This document shows positions 58,312 to 64,000 of a DNA stretch of 64,000 nt, one piece after another. Both the position numbers and the translations under genes were made by a program. The stretch spans positions 32,001-96,000 of the forward strand of contig JBIJBE010000002.1 in assembly GCA_044345405.1 (NCBI GenBank), written 5' to 3'. Below the pieces are notes generated by a model. That model searched no databases. It worked only from the letters and a program-made list of their open reading frames with translations, and was not told where the DNA came from. Numbering within the stretch: position 1 is the first letter of the stretch; each line of letters opens with the position of its first letter. This DNA is from Bdellovibrionota bacterium. GTDB lineage: Bacteria > Bdellovibrionota_C > UBA2361 > OMII01.

Positions 58312-58687
58312 CGCTCACCTCGCGTCATTTCACAGCCGAATTATAGTGAGAAGCGCGGCATACGGGAACAGGGTATATCAGCCCCTCTGTGAATCCTTCG
58401 CTCGAGGCCACCTGTTCCCACCTGTCGCCATCCGGCGTCATTAAGGGCGGCGGTAGGTTGCGCAATGCGGAAAAACGAGCACTTTTCCTTTTCTTATTGT
58501 AAGCCGACCCCACGTTCTATAATCTCCAAGGTCCCCTCCACAATTGCTCTCTTTCATCTTCATACGGGTAGTGCCACAGGACACAAGGTTTTTTCCATGT
58601 CTCGTACTACCTCCTACGTGCTCCAACCTCCCAACTCTCCACGCCAATGTGGACAGTTGTATCGGTTGGAGACGAAAGGAGGATGGT

Positions 58688-59176
58688 ATGACTGGTCGAA
58701 AGGCGCTTATGACGACCCTGAGAGACGCAGTCTCCAGGGTGGAGGTGAAGTTAGGCAGAGTTTCCCTCGCGCGGTGCAAGAAGGGAGCCCAGCGAGATTT
58801 TCTCGCGCGGGAGTTCATCAAGCGCTTCAAGGGGGTGGCGGCCGACGACTTCGACGAGATGCTCGACGACTGGATGGCGAATGATCGGCCGGACCCGTTG
58901 AGCGTACAATCGGTCCTTCAAGTGATGATCGAGACGGGAAACACCCGCTCAATCGACACGATCTTGGACAGTATCGAGGTGCGTATCGCTGGAGGAATAC
59001 CTCCCACCGAGCGCGGCTTGTCTGAAACAGAGAGAAGAGTCCGAGACGGTTGGTGGGGGGATTGCGTACTCGAGCCGTTCGAGAACGCCTTCCACACAAC
59101 TCCTCGACTTCGACGCCGGGTCAAACATCTGATGGATGAGGTTCAAAAAGTCACAGCCCCAGAACTAAGGAGGTGA
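58688..59176 (+). CDS. Hypothetical protein
   Basis: AAAGGAGG SD before ATG 58688; 162 aa. Confidence 0.6.
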   Translation: MTGRKALMTTLRDAVSRVEVKLGRVSLARCKKGAQRDFLAREFIKRFKGVAADDFDEMLDDWMANDRPDPLSVQSVLQVMIETGNTRSIDTILDSIEVRIAGGIPPTERGLSETERRVRDGWWGDCVLEPFENAFHTTPRLRRRVKHLMDEVQKVTAPELRR

Positions 59177-59437
59177 CAGACAACATGTTGTTGGGAGTTA
59201 CGGTTGCGCATCGCGTACCTGCTCTCACGGTTTTACAAAACCTGAGGCACTCCCAACCTATTCTCGCGTGGCGCTGGCGGCACAAAATCACCGCAGAACA
59301 TTTTACAACGCGAACCGAGAGAGTGGAGAGAGGCAGATCCTCTCATAGAAAGAATAGATGTATCCCCTAACAGTCCTGGCGGCTCTCTTTGTGAGTTCTT
59401 AGTTTGCGCGGCTAGTGACAAAGCTGCGATGAGATCT

Positions 59438-61393
59438 CTAAACCCCGCGCGACTCCTTCACCCGCTCAATAATCTGCTCAACCACTGAAGGCTCAGCGAG
59501 GGTTGTGGTATCACCAACAGCGGAATACTCCCCCTCACCTATCTTGCGCAAAATACGGCGCATAATCTTTCCAGATCGAGTCTTCGGAAGCCCCGGCACA
59601 AACCAGATCGCGTCAGGGGTCGCAATCGGTGAGATAATCTCTCGCACGGAGTGGATGATCTCCTTCGTTACATCGATCCCAGCACCCACATCCCCACGAA
59701 GCACGCAGAACGCGCCGATCCCCTGCCCCTTAATATCGTGAGGAATACCGACAACCGCGGCCTCAGCAACGACACCAGAGCGTACAATCGCGCTTTCGAC
59801 CTCCGCAGTTCCGAGCCTATGCCCCGCCACGTTCAGAACGTCATCGACACGCCCCGTAATCCAGTAATACCCATCCTCATCACGACGACATCCATCACCG
59901 GTGAAGTAGAGCCCCGGATACATAGAGAAGTAGGTCTGGACAAATCGCTGATGATCACTGTACACCGTTCTCATCATGCCGGGCCACGGATACTTGATGC
60001 ACAGCCGTCCCGTGATACCGTTGCCCTCGATAACCTTTCCCCCTTCATCCACGACGACCGGCTGCACACCGAAGAATGGTCGTGTGGCGGAACCCGGTTT
60101 TGTCTCCGTAGCACCCGGAAGGGGCGAGATGAGCACGCCTCCCGTTTCCGTCTGCCACCATGTGTCCACGATGGGACAGCGCCCCTCTCCGACGATGTTA
60201 TGATACCAGAGCCACGCGTCCGGATTGATCGGCTCCCCCACCGTACCCAAGATACGCAGAGAGGAACGGTCGTAGCGCTTCACATGATGATCGCCCTCTT
60301 TAGCTAAGGCGCGAATCGCGGTAGGAGCGGTATAAAATATCGTGACCTTGTGTCGCTCAACGGCGTCCCAGTACCGTCCAGCGTCCGGATAGGTCGGAAT
60401 CGATTCAAACATCACCGTGGTCGCGCCGTTCGAGAGCGGTCCGTACACAACGTAGGAGTGGCCCGTTACCCACCCAACATCAGCGCCGCAAAAGAAGATA
60501 TCATCATCCTTAATGTCGAAGATGTATTTGTGGGTCGCGGTTACGTGCAGAAGGTAGCCGCCCGTTGTATGGAGCACACCTTTCGGCTTCCCGGTGGAAC
60601 CGCTCGTGTAGAGGATAAAGAGTGGGTCCTCAGAATCCATACTCTCAACGCTTGTGTCGTAAGCGTCACCGATCTTTGCAAGCTCATCTTCGTAGGCGAG
60701 GTCGCGGCCCGGGGTCATCGGCACAGGGGTGTCCGTTCGTCGCACAACGAGGATATTTTTAATCGACGGACACTCCGCGACCGCTTCATCGCTCGTCTCT
60801 TTGAGGGGGATCGCTTTGGGACCACGCAAACCCTCATTCGCGGTGATTAGGAGCTTACACCCACAATCGTTAATGCGATCGCGCAACGACTCCGACGAAA
60901 ACCCCGCAAACACAACGGTATGGATAGCTCCGATACGGGCGCACGCAAGCATCGATATCGCTGCCTCAGGGATCATCGGAAGATAGATCGCGACCCGATC
61001 TCCCCGCTTAACGCCGAGCTTCTTGAGAAGGGTCGCCGTCTTGCACACCTCACGGTGTAGTTCTCGGTAGGTGACTCGCCGCACCTCCTCCGGATCGTTT
61101 CCTTCCCATAGGATCGCCACCTTGTCGCCCCGATGAAGGAGGTGCCGATCGAGGCAGTTCTCACTCACGTTAAGCTTGCCGCCAACGAACCACTGCACGT
61201 TCGCCTGCACAAAGTCCCATGACACCACCTTGCTCCAAAGAGAGTGCCACTGAACGAGTGAACGAGCCTGCTGATCCCAAAACTTTTCTGGGTGCTCAAC
61301 GGAAGACCTGTAGAGCTCCTCGTACGAGTCAGCGGTAATATGCGCCGTCGAGGCGACTGTAGCGGGAACAGGGAAGCGGGCGTTGGCGGTCAT
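59438..61393 (-). CDS. acs: Acetyl-CoA synthetase
   Basis: [49 protein letters not shown]. Confidence 0.97.
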   Translation of the reverse strand: MTANARFPVPATVASTAHITADSYEELYRSSVEHPEKFWDQQARSLVQWHSLWSKVVSWDFVQANVQWFVGGKLNVSENCLDRHLLHRGDKVAILWEGNDPEEVRRVTYRELHREVCKTATLLKKLGVKRGDRVAIYLPMIPEAAISMLACARIGAIHTVVFAGFSSESLRDRINDCGCKLLITANEGLRGPKAIPLKETSDEAVAECPSIKNILVVRRTDTPVPMTPGRDLAYEDELAKIGDAYDTSVESMDSEDPLFILYTSGSTGKPKGVLHTTGGYLLHVTATHKYIFDIKDDDIFFCGADVGWVTGHSYVVYGPLSNGATTVMFESIPTYPDAGRYWDAVERHKVTIFYTAPTAIRALAKEGDHHVKRYDRSSLRILGTVGEPINPDAWLWYHNIVGEGRCPIVDTWWQTETGGVLISPLPGATETKPGSATRPFFGVQPVVVDEGGKVIEGNGITGRLCIKYPWPGMMRTVYSDHQRFVQTYFSMYPGLYFTGDGCRRDEDGYYWITGRVDDVLNVAGHRLGTAEVESAIVRSGVVAEAAVVGIPHDIKGQGIGAFCVLRGDVGAGIDVTKEIIHSVREIISPIATPDAIWFVPGLPKTRSGKIMRRILRKIGEGEYSAVGDTTTLAEPSVVEQIIERVKESRGV

Positions 61394-61502
61394 GAGAGAA
61401 ACTCCAAGGGGCACAGCTTAAGACGCCGTTACGATAGCCCAAGCCGCCTCCTGGGAGAACTCAAAAAAAACACTTTTCCCCCCGCTAATCCCCTACAAAA
61501 AA

Positions 61503-61542
61503 CACGTGAACGTGCTCGTAAACGTGAACGTGAACGTACCCG
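61503..61542. repeat. Repeat family B singlet
   Basis: cacgtgaacgtgctcgtaaacgtgaacgtgaacgtacccg, one mismatch to the reverse complement of the right arm near 12677-12716. Confidence 0.85.
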
Positions 61543-61597
61543 CTCCGAACCACGATTACCCATGCGCCTCCACCCCTACCCATGATATCCTGCCCCT

Positions 61598-62992
61598 ATG
61601 GCCAACCACCGTACCATCATCGAACCGTTCAAGATCAAGGTGGTCGAACCCCTCACGATTATGAAACGCGAGGAGCGCGAGCCTATCCTGCGTCAAGCTG
61701 GATACAACCTCTTCTTGGTTCCAGCAGCGGCGGTGACCTTCGACTTCCTGACCGATTCGGGAACCACAGCGATGAGCGCCAATCAGTGGGCGGCGATGAT
61801 GGTCGCGGATGAGTCGTACGCCGGATCTCGCAGCTTCGCGAAGTTCGAGAAGGTCGTCAGAGAGCTCACAGGGTACGATTTCGTGATACCGACCCATCAA
61901 GGTCGAGCCGCCGAGCGGCTCCTCTTCGAGGCGGTACTCAAGCCCGGCATGAAGGTTCCCTCCAACAACCACTTCGACACAACTCGAGCGAATATCGAAC
62001 ACCTCGGCGCGGAGGCGGTTGACCTTGTTATCGCGGAAGGACGGGACCCGGCGCTAAATCATCCCTTCAAGGGCAACATTGATCTCGAACGCCTCGCGAC
62101 CTTTTGCGAGGAGGAGCGCGCATCGATCCCGCTCGGTATGATCACGATCACCAACAACACCGGAGGAGGACAACCGGTCTCCCTTGAGAATATCCGCGGC
62201 GCCTCAGAGATCTACAAGCGGCACGGAATCCCGTTCATCATCGACGCGTGCCGCTTCGCTGAGAACTCTTTCCTTGTTAAGACACGTGAGGCTGCGCAGG
62301 CTCACCGAACCGTTCGCGAGATCGCTCGTGAGACCTTCTCGCTGGCGGATGGTTGCATGATGAGCGCCAAGAAAGATGGTCTGGTGAATATCGGTGGTTT
62401 CATCGCTCTCCATGATAAGACGTGGGTCGAGTCGCTACGCTCTCTCCTTATCCTCACCGAGGGTTTTCCGACCTACGGAGGACTCGCCGCGCGGGATCTA
62501 GAGGCGCTCGCGGTTGGCCTTGAGGAGGTGCTCGATGAGGATTACCTCGAGTATCGAACCGCGGTGACCCGCTATATGGCTGAAGGCCTTAACAATGTCG
62601 GAATCCCGACCGTACAGCCCCCCGGCGCTCACGCGGTCTACATCGATGTAAAGCGGTTCCTTCCTCACATCCCTCCGCACGAGTTTCCGGGACAGGCACT
62701 CGCGTGCGAACTCTACCTTCAGGAAGGGATCCGGTCATGCGAGATCGGCTCAGCGATGTTCGGCCATTATACCGACCCATCCCACGACCCTAAGAGCTTT
62801 GTACCTTCACAGATGGAGCTGGTGCGCCTCGCGTTTCCACGCCGCGTGTATACTCAGAGCCACTTCGATTACATCCTTGAAGGGATGACGGAGATCGTTC
62901 AGCGCAAAGAATCCCTGCAGGGTATGCGCCTCACCTACGATCCACCATTTCTTAGACACTTCACCGCACGATTCGAGCCGATCCCGCGGTAA
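61598..62992 (+). CDS. tnaA: Tryptophanase/tyrosine phenol-lyase family PLP beta-eliminating lyase
   Basis: IEPFKIKVVE, FLTDSGT, DESYAGS, THQGRAAE, MSAKKD (PLP Lys), EGFPTYGGLA, LRHFTARF. tnaA versus tpl is not resolved. Confidence 0.85.
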   Translation: MANHRTIIEPFKIKVVEPLTIMKREEREPILRQAGYNLFLVPAAAVTFDFLTDSGTTAMSANQWAAMMVADESYAGSRSFAKFEKVVRELTGYDFVIPTHQGRAAERLLFEAVLKPGMKVPSNNHFDTTRANIEHLGAEAVDLVIAEGRDPALNHPFKGNIDLERLATFCEEERASIPLGMITITNNTGGGQPVSLENIRGASEIYKRHGIPFIIDACRFAENSFLVKTREAAQAHRTVREIARETFSLADGCMMSAKKDGLVNIGGFIALHDKTWVESLRSLLILTEGFPTYGGLAARDLEALAVGLEEVLDEDYLEYRTAVTRYMAEGLNNVGIPTVQPPGAHAVYIDVKRFLPHIPPHEFPGQALACELYLQEGIRSCEIGSAMFGHYTDPSHDPKSFVPSQMELVRLAFPRRVYTQSHFDYILEGMTEIVQRKESLQGMRLTYDPPFLRHFTARFEPIPR

Positions 62993-63020
62993 TGCCGATT
63001 AAGCTTTAATGCCGATTCGA

Positions 63021-63041
63021 ATGTAAGATCGATTTACATTA
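63021..63041. terminator. Candidate hairpin between convergent genes
   Basis: aatgtaa-gatcgat-ttacatt; AT-rich stem, so a weak terminator at best. Confidence 0.35.
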
Positions 63042-63269
63042 CGGAGCGGGACAGGTCGAGGGTCCCGGCTGCGTGCAAGGATGAGTCGCTGGGTCCGGAG
63101 AGCGCCCTGGGCGGACCGGCTCGCGAGGTTCCGGGTCAGGTGTCTGTGGCGCCGGAGTCTTGCTCGGCGCTGGTTTAGTAGGCGCTGGTTTCGTCGGCGC
63201 CTCCGGAGCGGCGAGCTGACCCAAATCCATCGCCAAAGGATCGTGACTTGATTGGACTGTGTGCATCAT
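63039..63269 (-). CDS. Small Pro/Thr/Lys-rich peptide with two C-terminal Cys
   Basis: AAGAGGA SD; start 3 nt after the upstream stop; APTKP repeats. Confidence 0.55.
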   Translation of the reverse strand: MMHTVQSSHDPLAMDLGQLAAPEAPTKPAPTKPAPSKTPAPQTPDPEPREPVRPGRSPDPATHPCTQPGPSTCPAP

Positions 63270-63272
63270 ACG

Positions 63273-63998
63273 CTAGTTCCTCTTGATGTCGTTCTCACCG
63301 ATTATTACCAACTCATGCGCCCCCTCGAAAGTCCCCCCGCGTTTGCTTCGGACCTCAATAAGGGGCGCCACATGCCGTCGCCACGCCGCCTGTTCCACCG
63401 CACCCCTTCCATCACCTCGCTTAGGGAGGGGTGTCTTATAGGTTAGATGACGACTAGAGAGCTCAAGCGTGAAGCAGTTGAGTAAAGGAATGGGGTCGAA
63501 GTCGGGACGTGTGCGATCCACCGCGCCGATGTAAATGGTCTCATCACCCCTACCACTGGCGCCCCTCTCGAGGTGCTCACGATAGATCTCATAGGCGCGC
63601 ACGAGAAGCCTCGGCGGCTCCACATCTCCAGGGGTGAGATCGTTCTTCCACGCCCCGTACCTATGTCGGAACGCCTCGAACAACTTCTGCCCCGAAACGG
63701 CGAATTGACGAATCTCCCGATCGGCTTTCGCGAGCGGCCGCACCGTTTCCTCTACACGGGAGCGATCGTCGCGATACGAGTGTACTAACCAAGGCCAGTG
63801 GACGTGACCATAGACGTCCCTCCACGCGGTCGATTGATGTTGCGCCTCCCAGGTAAATACCGGTTTCGAGCCGACCGGCAGCGCGTTACACATCCCTCCA
63901 AAAAGTGGGGACATGTGCCCAAGCACAAGGTGATTCTTACCCGCTTCTCGACACCCTTCGATTAGGTCGGGGATCGACAACTTCGCCGCGTTCGCGTC
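63273..63998 (-). CDS. Hypothetical protein, 5'-truncated by window edge
   Basis: Frame stays open to the window end (DANAAKLSIPDLI...). Confidence 0.6.
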   Translation of the reverse strand, partial: DANAAKLSIPDLIEGCREAGKNHLVLGHMSPLFGGMCNALPVGSKPVFTWEAQHQSTAWRDVYGHVHWPWLVHSYRDDRSRVEETVRPLAKADREIRQFAVSGQKLFEAFRHRYGAWKNDLTPGDVEPPRLLVRAYEIYREHLERGASGRGDETIYIGAVDRTRPDFDPIPLLNCFTLELSSRHLTYKTPLPKRGDGRGAVEQAAWRRHVAPLIEVRSKRGGTFEGAHELVIIGENDIKRN

Positions 63999-64000
63999 AA

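Noticed and set aside
61562-61585. TnaC-like leader peptide (MRLHPYP) before the tryptophanase-family gene
   Set aside because: No Trp, far shorter than TnaC, no SD, and it lies upstream of the predicted -10 box.
62991-63018. Direct repeat taatgccgatt x2 after tnaA
   Set aside because: A short local duplication with no element between the copies; not evidence of an insertion.
1-64000. tRNA, rRNA, tmRNA or SRP genes
   Set aside because: No T-loop/cloverleaf or other conserved RNA signatures recognised by eye; a tRNAscan-SE/Infernal run is needed to exclude them formally.

Overview
A 64-kb, moderately GC-rich bacterial chromosomal segment. Lipoproteins and YheU/RmuC genes suggest a diderm, possibly deltaproteobacteria/Bdellovibrionota-like, but the taxonomy is not established. 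Most genes are housekeeping or metabolic (argH, glgB, tcdA, tatD, sufE, prfC, slyD, rmuC, radC, metH, leuA, acs, tryptophanase-family lyase, two DEAD-box helicases), interspersed with large orphan proteins. I found no rRNA, tRNA, CRISPR array, IS transposase or prophage. Main points of interest: (1) a 2409-aa orphan with annexin-like repeats and a hydrophobic hairpin, preceded by a phased 10-bp repeat array, an SD-sequestering stem and an in-frame uORF; (2) a lone tyrosine recombinase beside a BIME-like REP array and an AT-rich site, where gene orientation flips, a candidate single-recombinase Xer/dif terminus system; (3) a eukaryote-like helical-repeat protein with a RAP/PD-(D/E)XK domain; (4) two tandem Leu-rich leader ORFs upstream of leuA; (5) a translationally coupled Zn-peptidase and Ddl-like ATP-grasp pair; (6) two unrelated dispersed REP-like repeat families; (7) frequent leaderless-type gene starts. 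All calls come from reading the sequence and recognising motifs; no database searches were run.
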